DNA from: Azolla caroliniana
Taxonomy: Eukaryota > Plantae > Polypodiophyta
Direction: 5' to 3'
DNA: 64,000 nt
Assembly: GCA_043228905.1 (NCBI GenBank)
Contig: JBHGNT010000018.1
Span: 13,950,001 to 14,014,000 of the forward strand
This document shows, piece by piece, positions 37,601 through 49,813 of the stretch. The position numbers and the translations under genes were made by a program. Below the pieces are notes generated by a model that was not told the DNA's origin, did no database searches, and saw only the letters and a list, made by a program, of their open reading frames with translations. Each line of letters starts with the position of its first letter. Within the stretch, counting starts at the first letter, position 1.

Positions 37601-39105
37601 GGTATGCCGGTTGAAGAAGAGCCTGTACGGACTAAAACAGGCTCCCTGTCAATGGTACCGGAAGTTCGACTCCTTCATGACTGATCAAGGGTACCACAAG
37701 ACGCAGGCCGATCACTGCGTGTTTGTGAAGAAGTTTGAAGGAGGCGACTTCCTGATACTCCTTCTGTACGTGGATGACATGTTGATCGTCGGCTGTGACC
37801 AAGTCAAAATACGGATGCTGAAGAAGGCTCTCAACCGGACCTTCTCAATGAAAGACTTAGGTCCGGCAAGACAGATGTTGGGGATGCACATCATCCGGAA
37901 CCGGTCAGCGAAGCAATTATGGCTGTCACAGGAGAAGTATGTGACAAAGGTGCTTCACTGGTTCAACATGTCAGAAGCGAAACCTGTCGGATCGACACTT
38001 CCGGCAAACTGCAAGCTATCCGGCAAGCAAAGCCCGAAGACGAAAGCAGAGAAGGCGGAAATGATGAACATCCCATATGCCTCTGCCGTCGGGAGCTTGA
38101 TGTACGCAATGGTGTGTACCCGACCGGATATAGGATACGCAGTAGGGGTGGTGAGCCGGTTTATGAGCAATCCCGGCAAGGAGCACTGGAACGCGGTCAA
38201 ATGGATACTCCGGTATTTGAAGGGCACTTCAAATATGTGTCTCCGATTTGGCTCCAGAAAACCTCAACTGGACGGTTTCACCGATTCGGACATTCGGCTG
38301 ATGTGGATACCAGCCGGTCTACATCCGGGTATGTGATGACATATGCAGGGGGAGCTGTTTTGTGGCAATCGAGGCTGCAGAAGACGGTTGCATTGTCAAC
38401 CACGGAGGCAGAGTACATGGCAGCGGTGGAGGCCGGCAAGGAAATATTATGGATGAAGGACTTCATCGGAGAGCTCGGTATCCGGCAAGAGGAATACTGA
38501 CTCTATTGGGACAGTCAAAGTGCCATCCACCTTGCTAAGAATGCGGCCTACCATTCCCGGACGAAGCATATCCAGCGTAGGTATCACTGGATCCGGGAAA
38601 GAGTAGATGACCAGGAGTTCGCACTGACGAAGATCCACACGGCAGAGAACGGGTCAGATATGCTGACCAAAGTGTTGATACCCGACAAGCTAGACGCATG
38701 CCGGAAGAGAATCGGGCTGTTTCGTGGCAGTCGAGGCTGCAGAAGACGGTTGCATTGTCAACCATGGAGGCAGAGTACATGGCAGCGGTGGAGGCCGACA
38801 AGGAAATATTATGGATGAAGGACTTCATCAGAGAGCTCGGTATCCGGCAAGAGGAATACCGACTCTATTGTGACAGTCAAAGTGCCATCCACCTTGCTAA
38901 GAATGCGGCCTACCATTCCCGGACGAAGCATATCCAGCGTAGGTATCACTGGATCCGGGAAAGAGTAGATGACTAGGAGTTCGCACTGACGAATATCCAC
39001 ACGGCAGAGAACGGGTCAGATATGCTGACCAAAGTGCTAACACCCGACAAGCTGGACGCATGCCGGAAGAGAATCGGACTGGTAGGACACCCCACGCCGG
39101 AGTGA
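34683..39105 (+). pseudogene. pol: copia C gag-pol polyprotein (premature TAG at 34932, frameshift about 38290, RNase H duplication)
   Basis: ORF 34950..38336 (1128 aa): CFYCGKPGHFQKNC, WVVESGAS, HKRLCH, integrase, LLYVDDML; RNase H in 37919..38500 and 38698..38976. Confidence 0.93.
38354..39077 (+). repeat. 362-bp tandem duplication of the RNase H region of copia C
   Basis: 38354-38715 matches 38716-39077 with about 13 differences. Confidence 0.93.
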
Positions 39106-39934
39106 AGGGGGAGTTTGTTGGGAGACAGGTCCCTCCGGATGGGAAGGGAGAAGATCAGTGCCGATGAACAAACTCGGCTGAGGCCGAAGACCGTATGAGG
39201 TGGACCCGGCCACGGAGAGCCGGATGATGCAGACCCGGTGAAGACCGGATGAAGAGTACCTGGCTACGGAGAACCAGATGATGCAGACCCGGTGAAGACC
39301 GGATAAGGAGTACGTGGCTACGGAGAGCCGGATGATGCAGACCCGGTGAAGACCGGATGAGGAGTACCTGGCTACGGAGAGCCGGATGATACAGACCCGG
39401 TGTGAACCAGATGAGGAGTACCCGGCTACGGAGAGCTGGATGGTGCAGGCCCGGTGTGAACCGGAGGAAGAGACATATTCGTAAATATGTTTCTAAGAGC
39501 TCATCGAGGCTACATTTGTAAATAGCCGAAAAGTCATATTAGTATAAATATGACTTAGGGCAAACTTTATAGTTGGATGTTGTCATTTTCTTGTTGGTGC
39601 AAGAAGTGAGAGTGTGTAACAGTGTATAGGTTGAGAGAGAGAGAGAGAACGAGGTCGTTGCCTCTGTTGTAACCGCCGCCTGTGGCGAAGATCGTGAGCA
39701 CGAGGTCGGTTCCTCCGTGAACTCACTATTTTTGTACATTCCAATATAGTGATAGTTTGCAGCCAGTGGGCTGCTGTGGTTTTGCCCTCTTTGGGTTTTC
39801 CACGTAAACATTCTGTGTACCCTTTTCTCTCCTTTTGTGTCGCGTGCATTTGTTTCCCGCTTTTCTGTGTATGAAAAGAATCTTGGTTGTGGCCGAGTGT
39901 TGGACATAAGGAGCATTGATTTCTCGTCAGAAAC

Positions 39935-42900
39935 CATGTCGAGTCCAGCAACACCCAGAAAGCATATTGCTATTATTTTCGGCAAGAAGGACATTATAGT
40001 AACCAATGTCCGGCAAAAAGCTACGATAAACGACCGACAGTAAACATGGTTGTAGCCGAAGTCGCAGACCTCCAACAGGTCACCACAAGGTCGAAGGGGA
40101 AGACTACGGAATGGGAGACACAAGAGGCCATCCGAAAACAAGCAACGGAATGGGTAAAAAAGGCCAATGAGCGAAACGTAGCAGAACTCGTGCAACAGAA
40201 GGAGAACACCGAAGAGCTCGCCGGAAGTAGTCAGTCCGAAAACGCGACATGGCAGGTATTGCAAGAATGCCAAATCACGCTGTCGTTGGGACGACTCTTG
40301 TAGCTAGTAACAAGATTCACAGAAGGACTCAAGGAAGGCATGACGATAGGCGGAACACCACCAACTCCGGCATTCTTCTCAAATCCGGAGGAGGGACCGG
40401 CCGTGGTGGACACCAACTGTCTGGCAATTACGGCCATTGTGAAAGGGAAAGAACTCCCCGACACAATAATAGACTGAGGCTCCGACATTAATGTAATCAG
40501 CCTCGGGACATGCGATGCTCTTGGAATCTGAGAGTGGGAGCCATGTCCGTTCTGGCTCCGAATGGCTGACACATGTTCGGTCCAACCGATAGGATTAATA
40601 CGGAATTTGGAAGTAGCCATCGGGGGCCACACATTCCGAATCTCAGCCGTAGTTCTCTAGTTGCAGGCTGAAGGAGCGTACCCATTATTGTTGGGACGTC
40701 CTTGATTAAAAATGACACATATCAAGCAGAACTAGAGGAGGAATATGATTACGTTCCGACGGGGAAAAACAAAGGTACGAGTACCAACACAACAAAGGAA
40801 GGGCACTGGCAAGGACCTGACACCGTTATATGCGGAGTGTGTCAATATGCTGGAGGGATTAGCGGATGAAGAAGAAGAGCAGTACTTGCTGGAGAACCCG
40901 AAGATTGTACCCCTCTTCGAAATTGACGTCGCGGAGGCAGTATCACCCTACTTACTGCAACCGGAGGAAACCGAAGCGGAACCGAATAAAGAAGCAATCC
41001 GGGAGTTACGGCATGCGCAGGAGGCGTTGGAAAGGGAAATGGCCGTATCCCAGCGCGTAAAAGCATCCCAATTAGAAGAAGTAAATCTAGGAACGACGGA
41101 GGAGGCAAAACCGGTGCACATCGCCAAAGAAATGAATGCAGAGAACAAAACAGGGATAATTACACTCCTCAACGAGTTTCGCGACGTCTTTGCCTGGTCG
41201 TATGAGGATATGAGAGGACTGGATCCTCAGTTGTATCAGCACCAGATACATCTGAGCAAAGACGCCAAGCCGGTGGCACAACGGCGGTACCGGATGAACC
41301 CAAACTACGCCACCAAAGTCAAGGAGGTGATCGACAAATTACTGAGGGTCGGCTTCATCCGGCCCGTAAAGAAATCTACATGGTTGAGCCCGATTGTAGT
41401 TGTACCGAAAAAGAACGGAAAACTTAGAGTTTGTGTCGACTACCGGAAGCTCAATGCGTCAACGGTAACGGATGCATTTCCCCTTCCGTTTACGGATGGA
41501 GTTTTGGATGCCGTCGCCGGCCATGAAGTCTACAATTTCTTAGACGGATTCAGCGGGTATAATCAGATCCGGATGCACCCTGAGGATCAAGAGAAAATGG
41601 CTTTCGTCACCGAATGGGGAGTGTTTGTTTCGGTGGTGATGATGTTCGGGCTGAAAACGGCACTAGCAACATTCCAACGGATCATCATGGAGATCTTTGG
41701 CGAATACATACCGGCTTTTATGCAGGTGTTCCTTGACGACTTCGCCGTCTATAGTAGAGAAGAAGATCATTTGCAGCATCTCAGACTATGTCTAGAGAAG
41801 TGTAGGGCGTACCGGCTAAGCCTGAATCCGGCGAAGTGTGTATTTGGAGTGGCTAGCAGAACGCTACTAGGGCATATAGTAAGCAAGGAAGGCATTGGCG
41901 TAGATCCGGACAAAGTGAAAGTAATCCGGGAAGCACCGGCCCCGGCAATGACAAAGGCATTGAGCCGTTTCCTAGGACAAATCCGCTGGCATAGCCGTAT
42001 TCTCCGATATTTGGCAGACCTGGCTACACCTCTGCATACGGTAGTACATCGAACACCGTTCCAATGGACCGACATCGAAGACAAGGCCTACCGGGCACTA
42101 AAGTTGTTATTGTCACAAGCACAGGTAGTGCAACCTCCCGATTGGAGTAAAGAGTTTCATATGTTCGTGGACGCTTCCGATATCGCAATCGGCAGCGCGC
42201 TCATGCAGCTTACCGAGCCAAGGTGGTACCGGCCAGTGTACTATGCCAGCCGGAAGCTATCCCAAGCGGAACGAAATTATTCTACCACGGAAAGGGAAGC
42301 TTTAGGAATGATCTACAGTGTAACAAAATTCAGGCATTATTTATTGGGAAGAAAGTTCTCCTTTCATGTAGATCATTCGACACTCCTCTACCTAGTATCC
42401 AAAGCGTCACTTATCGGTAAGTTGGCCCGGTTGACTTTGTTGTTGCAAGAGTTCGAATTCGAGATATTCCACCGACCCGGCATACAGCATGCGGTAGTAG
42501 ATTATCTAAGCCGGTTAGATTCCGGGGAGACAGGTGACGGAGTACCGGACGAGTTTCCGGATGCAGAGCTTTTTCGAGTCACCACAGAAACGGCAACAGA
42601 TTGAACGGTGGCACAAGAAGATAAGTGGCTAACTAATATGCACCAGTTTTTGAGTACCGGATTGCCACCGGAGGAGATGAACCGGGACGAGAGAAAACGC
42701 CTGGCGGTACAGAGCCGGCACTTCTGTTTACTACAGGACACGCTATACCACAAAGGTGCAAACGGTATCTGGCGACGAGTGGTGCGCAACGAAGAGAAGG
42801 AGGTAATACTACGGGAGGTAGACTGCGGAGTTGTCGGAGGCCATTATGCCGGAGATGCAACGACAAGGAAAGTATGGCAAAGTGGCCTATGGTGGCCAAC

Positions 42901-43124
42901 CACATTGAAAGATGCAGTCCGGTATGCGAAGGAGTGTGATCTATGCCAACGAATAGGTCAGCCAACGGAGCAAGCTCGGATGCCACACCAGCCAGTCCTA
43001 CCACTAGAACCATTCCAGAAATGGGGGCTGGATTTCGTCGGGCCATTTAAACCACCGGCAATGAGAACCGGCAACCGGTACGTGATCGTCGCGACGGATT
43101 ACTGCACTAAGTGGGTGGAAGCGA
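39935..43124 (+). pseudogene. pol: element A gag end, protease, RT, RNase H and integrase N-half
   Basis: TIID*GSDINVI protease; ORF 40745..42604 (LDGFSGYNQI, FLDD, VDASD); ORF 42608.. ([15 protein letters not shown]) cut by element D. Confidence 0.93.
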
Positions 43125-43783
43125 TGTCGTGCCTCTCGGCTCCGGATCGTTGCGTGAGTCGGGTGGGAACCACCGAGGTTTTGGACTAGGAGGAAGAGGA
43201 ATACAACTTAAGGCTAGTTATGAATAGTAGAAAGAGAAGTAAGATAGCAATCTCGTGAATCCCACGAGTTTAGTGTATTTAAAACAATATTTAGATTATA
43301 AGAGTAATTTTGATGGCAAAATTCGTGAATCCCACGAATATATTAGATTGATCAATCCTTGTATATTAACCAACAACCTTATACATATTTCTCTCCTCCT
43401 TATAAAGACGGAAGAGGCTAAGCATGGCTTCATGCTTTTTCACCAAAAGTGTCCATGCACACTAAATGTGCATGTGATGCTTTGTCATTTCCTAAGTATA
43501 GGGCTCATGCACGCTAGATGTGCATGAGTCACTTTTAATGTCACGTGTAAATAAAATATTCACACCCTAAAGAATACATGATTTTTACCTTTTAATAAAG
43601 GTATGTGTAAATAGAGGTCTTATACGTATTAAATCTATATGTATAACACTAAAGATAAGTTAGTACAATGGTAAACTTGAGGTTTATCTACGTGGAGGTG
43701 CAAGGTTTGAATCCTGCCCTATGCACGTGATAAGTATTTTGACATATTATTTATTTATTTATATGTATTTAAAATCGGATATA

Positions 43784-46700
43784 TTATTTTATGGTTTTCA
43801 CGTAGTGTGTGGAATACACTACGACACTCGCCCCCTCCGAACCCGCACATCCTCCGGTATGTGCCGAAGTTCTCGATTCCTCATATCCGTCTTCACCCAA
43901 AGCTTCCTCCGATTCTCCCCTTATGTCGACTATGAGTTGTAATTCACTTTCTGCGCTTCCCGCATCACCGTGGTCTTCGTCCGATTGCTTCTCATTGTCG
44001 GCCTTGGCTTGGATCACATAGGGTTTGTCGTCGGTCCGCTTCTTGAAAATCTTCACCCGCTTCCCGGCTATAGGCACTTGTAGTACTGTTCCATCCAACT
44101 CGGACAGTCGGTACGTTCCGTTGTCAAAGACTTTCCGAACCTCGTATGGCCCGAACCACCTTTTCGCGAATTTCCGCATCGTTGTATGTTGATGGTCCAA
44201 ACTACTGTCATAGACGATCACCCAATCTCCTTCTTCAATCCTCCTCGGTCGTAGTCGGTGCTTTGTGTCGAACCGGCTTTTGTTCTGGAATCGTGCTTCT
44301 TGTTGTCGGCGTATTGCTTCCACTATGTCTGCCGGTCTTCCCTCTAGTTTTCGTATCCGGACCGCAAGTAGTTCTTCCCGGCTCATCTCTTCCTTCCACG
44401 GTAGCACTGTCCATGTTGCGATCGCGGTTTCCGTCGGCATTACCGGTGCTTGTCCGATCATGAGTTCTGTCGGCATGTAACCGGTTACGGAGCTATGCGT
44501 CGTCCGATCCGCCCATAGTGCATACGAAAGCATCTGCGGCCAGTCCTTCACCTTTCCATCGCATGCCTTCGCAAGTGCTTTCACGATCGGACTATGTCCT
44601 CGTTCGATTTTCCCGTTGGCCTCCGGATTGTATGCCGTTGTCAGCGTTAACCGAACTCCGTATTTGGCGAAGAATCCCCTAGCTTTGTCCGAGTCGAGTT
44701 CTCCTCGGTCCGCAATCACTTGTCCTACGCACCCGTACCTGCAAAATACTTCCTCCAAAAGAAATTGGCATACCGCGGAACACGTTTTCCTCTGAAGCGC
44801 TCGACCTTCTACTTGATTCGTGAGATCTTCCCGAGCTAATACCAAGTATTTCTTTTGTCCGATCCCGATCGGCATGGCCACTATGTCGACCATCCACTTG
44901 AAGTTGATTGTCGGTGAGAATGTCGGATGTAACTCATCTCGATGTCGAACCCCGGAGTAGACTTGACATTTCTCGCAGCTTTCTGTGAACTCCGCGACAT
45001 CTTTGTACATTTTCTTCCACCAATATTTTTGCTTGATCTTCACAAATGTTGCCCATGTTCCTCGGTGTCCAGCCCAATCGGATTCGTGAAACTCGGACAT
45101 TATCCGGTTTCGTTGCTCTTTTGTCCCGACTACTCGAAGTGGTATACCATCCGGTCTTTACGGCGCCCTCCATATTAATCCGTTTTCCAAGAAGAACTTT
45201 TGGACTTGCCTCTTCTTCCTTCGGATCTCGGCTCTTCTTCCTTTATTGTTTGTTGAATCCTCGGCCTGTTGTAACATCTTTCTGATCATCAAGCTTTCTC
45301 CCTCGTATTCTTCTTCCCGGAATTCTCGGATTACGTTCACTCGGCATATGTGCTCCGACGCGAAGTAGTCTTCGAAAACTTCTTCATTATCCGATTCGGT
45401 TATATCGTCTCCGAACCGAGCCCTTGATAACATATCCGCTACCGCGTTGTCCTTCCCCGAGATGTGTCGAACCTCCAGATTAAGCGACTTGACATATGCA
45501 ACCCACCTTAGCATAGCTACATCCGGTATCGTACAACACCGCATCATCCCGAGTATCGGAAGACAATCCGTCTCGATCACCACTTCGGCTCCGATCAAAT
45601 AATCCCGATCCGATTTTATTGCCGACACGACTCCCCACAATTCTCTTTTGACTTGTGCATATCCACGTTGCCTTTCGTTGAGAACCTTTGCTCCGAATCG
45701 GATCGGATACCGCGAACCATCCGAGTTGGCTTGATTGATGACCCACCCGATACCGGTTGGACTTGTATCAACCATTACTATGATTGGTCGGTCGTAGCTC
45801 AGCTTCTTAAGTGCTTCCGCCCTCCGAACTTTCGGCATCCCCGATCATCCATAGTCTCATCTTTTTCTTCTACCGCGCATCCTTTCATCGGAATGTAATC
45901 GAGGAACAGCATCGTTATCTCCGGAATGCAGTCTCGAAGCACCTTGTTCATCCCGTTCATCATATGAGCAACCGAGTTTGTCGCTCCTTGTGGTAGTGTG
46001 CACATTCGGACCAATCCTATCGGTGTTCGCATGGTTGTGATGTCTCGGCTCTCCACGGCTAGTTGGAATTGGTCATACCCCGAGTATAGGTCTCCGATGG
46101 AGTATATCGCACGACCGGCAAAAGCTTCCACAAATTCGTCCACTATCGGACCAGCTCCCGAGTTCCAGATCGTGACCTTATTCACCGGTTGCAAGTCTTG
46201 CATAAATCGGAGTGATCCATTCTTCTTTGGAACCGTAAACCATCGATTTGAGTGCGGAGCAGTTGATGGCTCTAGAATCCCCATCGCCACCTTTTCCTTG
46301 AGCAAGTCAATGACTTTCGGAATATGCGCTCGTGGCACCGGAATCGGCTTCAGGTTCCACGGTACATGGTCAATCGTGAAGATCACCATCGGCTCCACTA
46401 TTCTCGGATCGACGCACCCTATCTCCCTTGATGTAAATGCAAACTCTTTGCCGTGTTGCTCCAACATCTCACGAAACCGTTCTTCTTCTTTTTGTAATAG
46501 GAACCCACCTCCACCGATCCGAAGTTTCATCCAGGTCTCATCCGTGAAGGCATGTCCGATATCCACGGACTTCCGAAGTGTCGGATCTCCCGAGACTTCT
46601 TTCCTCTTTTGTTTGCTATCGGCGGGTAGTGGTCCCGCGGCCGGTTTCACCTTCTTCTCCACGGTCTTGTATTTCGTACTTACCATTGCTTCTTCTTTGC

Positions 46701-47064
46701 AGAGCGTATCCGGCTCCATTTTCGCAATGATCTCGTACATCTTGACCGATTCCACCGGGACTACCTGGTTCCCTGGGCTTTTATCTTCCGCAAGCTCTTC
46801 AAGTCGTTGTAGCGTGCTCCCATAGAACACTTCTTCGACTATCCCCACGATTTCTTCATCTTCTTTTATTATTGATGCCGACCGCAACTTATCCTCCACT
46901 TGTCGGTATCCTTTCTTCAATCCTCCGGTTACGGTCGTGTACGTAGATGCCCCATCCGGACCGATTCGTACATGTTTTGCTCCGAGAGTTTTCTTCCTGT
47001 GTGGGGTATCAGGGCTTCTCGGACTATCACTTCCCCACTTCGCAACAGTCCGCTTTAAAAATCC
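43784..47064 (-). pseudogene. pol: element D pol (RT, RNase H, integrase) in the -1 frame after the protease
   Basis: ORFs 45799..46920 (GDLYSGYDQF, LPQGATNSV, FLDY), 45158..45838 (VDTSPTGIG, KRELWG), 43784..45100 (integrase); internal deletion at RT C-terminus. Confidence 0.9.
47001..47064 (-). promoter_or_regulatory. putative programmed -1 ribosomal frameshift signal (GGAUUUU plus H-type pseudoknot)
   Basis: G GAT TTT TAA ends the protease ORF; -1 frame is open into RT; 11-bp stem and GUGGGG/CCCCAC second stem start 5 nt downstream. Confidence 0.78.
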
Positions 47065-49096
47065 ATTCTCACTTGGGACAAGAGTTCCCTCTTGTTCCTT
47101 TCGTGATTTGCCGGCACCGTTAGGAATTGGACGGATTTCCCACCGTTTTGGCTCCGAATTGGCGCAAAAGCCGCACCGCTATCGAGCACCTTCGTCTCCA
47201 TCCGTGATGCCGTGATAAAGGGTTGGCCGAGGATGACGGAATGTGAAACCTCATCTTGCACGAAGAAATTTTGGTCGATCTCGACATCCCCGATCTTCAC
47301 CGTCACATCCGGACAAGCCGCAAATAGATCTTCCGTTGCTTTGGTGGCTGCCCGAATCTTCCATCCATGGTTGGTGTTAATAGGCCACTTCCCCTTCCGG
47401 TAGAACTCCTTGGACATCAAGTTGATCTCCGATCCGTGATCAATCAATGCTAGCACAGGTTCTTTGATGTTGCCGATTCGGACCAGAGTCTCCGTAGTCG
47501 CGCGTGCCCAATGTGGCCTTGTATAGTGGGAGTTCGGAATTTCGTCCTCCACTTCGGTGTCGTTCATTAAAACGGTGTTCGCATTCACCCTTGGAGTATT
47601 TTCCTCCGTACTTTGTCTTTTTCGCTTCACGAGATCCACGAGAAGATCGTGGAACTCCTTCTTTGCTATTCCAAGTAGCTCCCGAAGTGAGAAATCTACC
47701 CGGCTATCCAAGATTCTTTCCTCGAACACTCTATTCAAGTCGGTTTGTTGTTCTATGTCCGAGGCGAGCTTGAATGCCGGAGTCGCCTTTTCTTTTCCCT
47801 TACCTCCGGAGTTTAGCTTTCCGATATCTTTGATGGCCCGGCCGCATCCTCCGTGCGTCGTCGTTTCTCGTCCACATACACCTTATGCAATTGACATAGG
47901 GCGTATACGCTATTCTTGTCGACAGGGCACTCCCATCCCGTAGCTTCCCGGACAGCTTCCGCGGTGCTTCGGATCTCGTTGGAGTCGGTTTTCTCGATGT
48001 TTTCTAGAACTTCCGGCCAAAAAGACGTCTTTGCTCTCGATGACTCCCCGACACATATTCCCGCGGTTGTCGCATAGTTGCTTCTTGCTGCTAATTCCTC
48101 CTCGAGCACCTTCTTCATGCCGCCTTTCCGGAAGTTCGGTCGGAGTGGCTTCCGAGAGTCCATCGAATGAATCCGGTTTCCCTCGTAGTAGATGAGATCC
48201 CGCCGTAGCGCCTCCTTATGCTCGTCGCAATCCCTCCGATCGTGTTCGGCGCTATCGCACCATATGCACTGTCGGTCCGTATACTTGGAGCTTGTGGGGC
48301 GGTCATCCGACTTCTTCACCATCGCGATCTTCAGATTCTCCATCTCCTTCAATAGTTGCTCCACCGTAGATGCATCAATCCCCTTCTCGGTTGTAGTCTC
48401 CCGAGCCCTCGGTTGATGGTCTTCCAATCCGGTTCTCGGTTTCGGAATCGGTTCTGAAACCCTCTTTTCCTCATTGGCAAGCCATTGCCCCCTCTTCGTG
48501 TATTGCACGACGATATCCCGCACGCTTTCCCATGTTTCGGTGAGGCCACTCTCCGTCGTCGTGTCCTCCAAGAGCACTCTGAGATCTTTCCGGTCCCGGA
48601 CGTCCACGGCTCGCAAGAACATGATCACCTTGTCCGGTACGAGGATAGCTTGATCTCTTGCGGACAACCTCCCGAACCGGCTTTCGAATGCCGAAAACAC
48701 ATCAATGACCTTCAATCCCTTGTCCGGCGTCTCCACCCAATCTTCGAATCCCCTTCGCGTCGCATTGGAGGAATCCTCGATGGCGAACGTCCTCTTTAGC
48801 TGTTCTTCAAACACCTCCCATGTCGGATTTTGTTGTCGTAGCCCATGGATGCTTGCTTGAAGCCCGTCGGTCACCACCCGGTTGAAGGACGTCACTTGCA
48901 GTCCTTCCGATATTCCGCACCGTAGCATCTCCGCCTTGTAGTCCCGAAGATACCGCGACACGTCTTTCCCGTTGAATTGCCCGTTTCGTTGCACGAGCCG
49001 CTCCACTGATGCTGCTATCTCCGACATCGCAGGTTGTTCTTGTAGCATGCGCTCGAACATCATCATCATGTTGCTAGCCTCCGGTTGATTTTCCAT
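47055..49096 (-). pseudogene. gag: element D gag-protease
   Basis: ORF 47813..49096 (CIWCDSAEHDRRDC knuckle) and 47055..47738 (LIDHGSEINLMS); one frame break about 47820. Confidence 0.88.
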
Positions 49097-49114
49097 CTCC
49101 TTGCCACCCGGTAC

Positions 49115-49132
49115 TTCACGTCGGGTTCACCA
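49115..49132 (-). promoter_or_regulatory. primer-binding site complementary to tRNA-Trp
   Basis: plus strand TTCACGTCGGGTTCACCA matches the 3' 18 nt of plant cytosolic tRNA-Trp(CCA) as recalled; 4 nt from the 5' LTR. Confidence 0.8.
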
Positions 49133-49813
49133 ACTGTGTCATGCCTTTCGGCTCCGGATCGTTGCGTGAGTCGGGTGGGAACCACCGAGGTTTTGGACTA
49201 GGAGGAAGAGGAATACAACTTAAGGCTAGTTATGAATAGTAGAAAGAGAAGTAAGATAGCAATCTCGTGAATCCCACGAGTTTAGTGTATTTAAAACAAT
49301 ATTTAGATTATAAGAGTAATTTTGATGGCAAAATTCGTGAATCCCACGAATATATTAGATTGATCAATCCTTGTATATTAACCAACAACCTTATACATAT
49401 TTCTCTCCTCCTTATAAAGACGGAAGAGGCTAAGCATGGCTTCATGCTTTTTCAACAAAAGTGTCCATGCACACTAAATGTGCATGTGATGCTTTGTCAT
49501 TTCCTAAGTATAGGGCTCATGCACGCTAGATGTGCATGAGTCACTTTTAATGTCACGTGTAAATAAAATATTCACACCCTAAAGAATACATGATTTTTAC
49601 GTTTTAATAAAGGTATGTGTAAATAGAGGTCTTATACGTATTAAATCTATATGTATAACACTAAAGATAAGTTATTACAATGGTAAAGTTGAGGTTTATC
49701 TACGTGGAGGTGCAAGGTTTGAATCCTGCCCTATGCACGTGATAAGTATTTTGACATATTATTTATTTATTTATATGTATTTAAAATCGGATATATTATT
49801 TTATGGTTTTCAC

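Larger units (their letters stand above)
33840..39929 (+). mobile_element. element C: full-length Ty1/copia nested in the gag of A
   Basis: 814-bp LTRs 33840-34653 and 39116-39929 (about 20 differences by eye); TSD GAAAC; PBS TGGTATCAGAGC at 34656-34667; PPT GAAGGGGGAG at 39104-39113. Confidence 0.97.
43125..49813 (-). mobile_element. element D: fungal-type (Ylt1-like) Ty3/gypsy nested antisense in the integrase of A
   Basis: 3' LTR 43125-43826 (TGTCG...CGACA); 5' LTR 49137-49813 (outer 25 bp deleted); about 6 LTR differences; PPT GGAGGGGGCGAG at 43827-43838; PBS 49115-49132. Confidence 0.93.

Noticed and set aside
45998-46825. 275-aa plus-strand ORF and similar antisense ORFs over A and C
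   Set aside because: Shadow frames of GC-rich pol coding sequence
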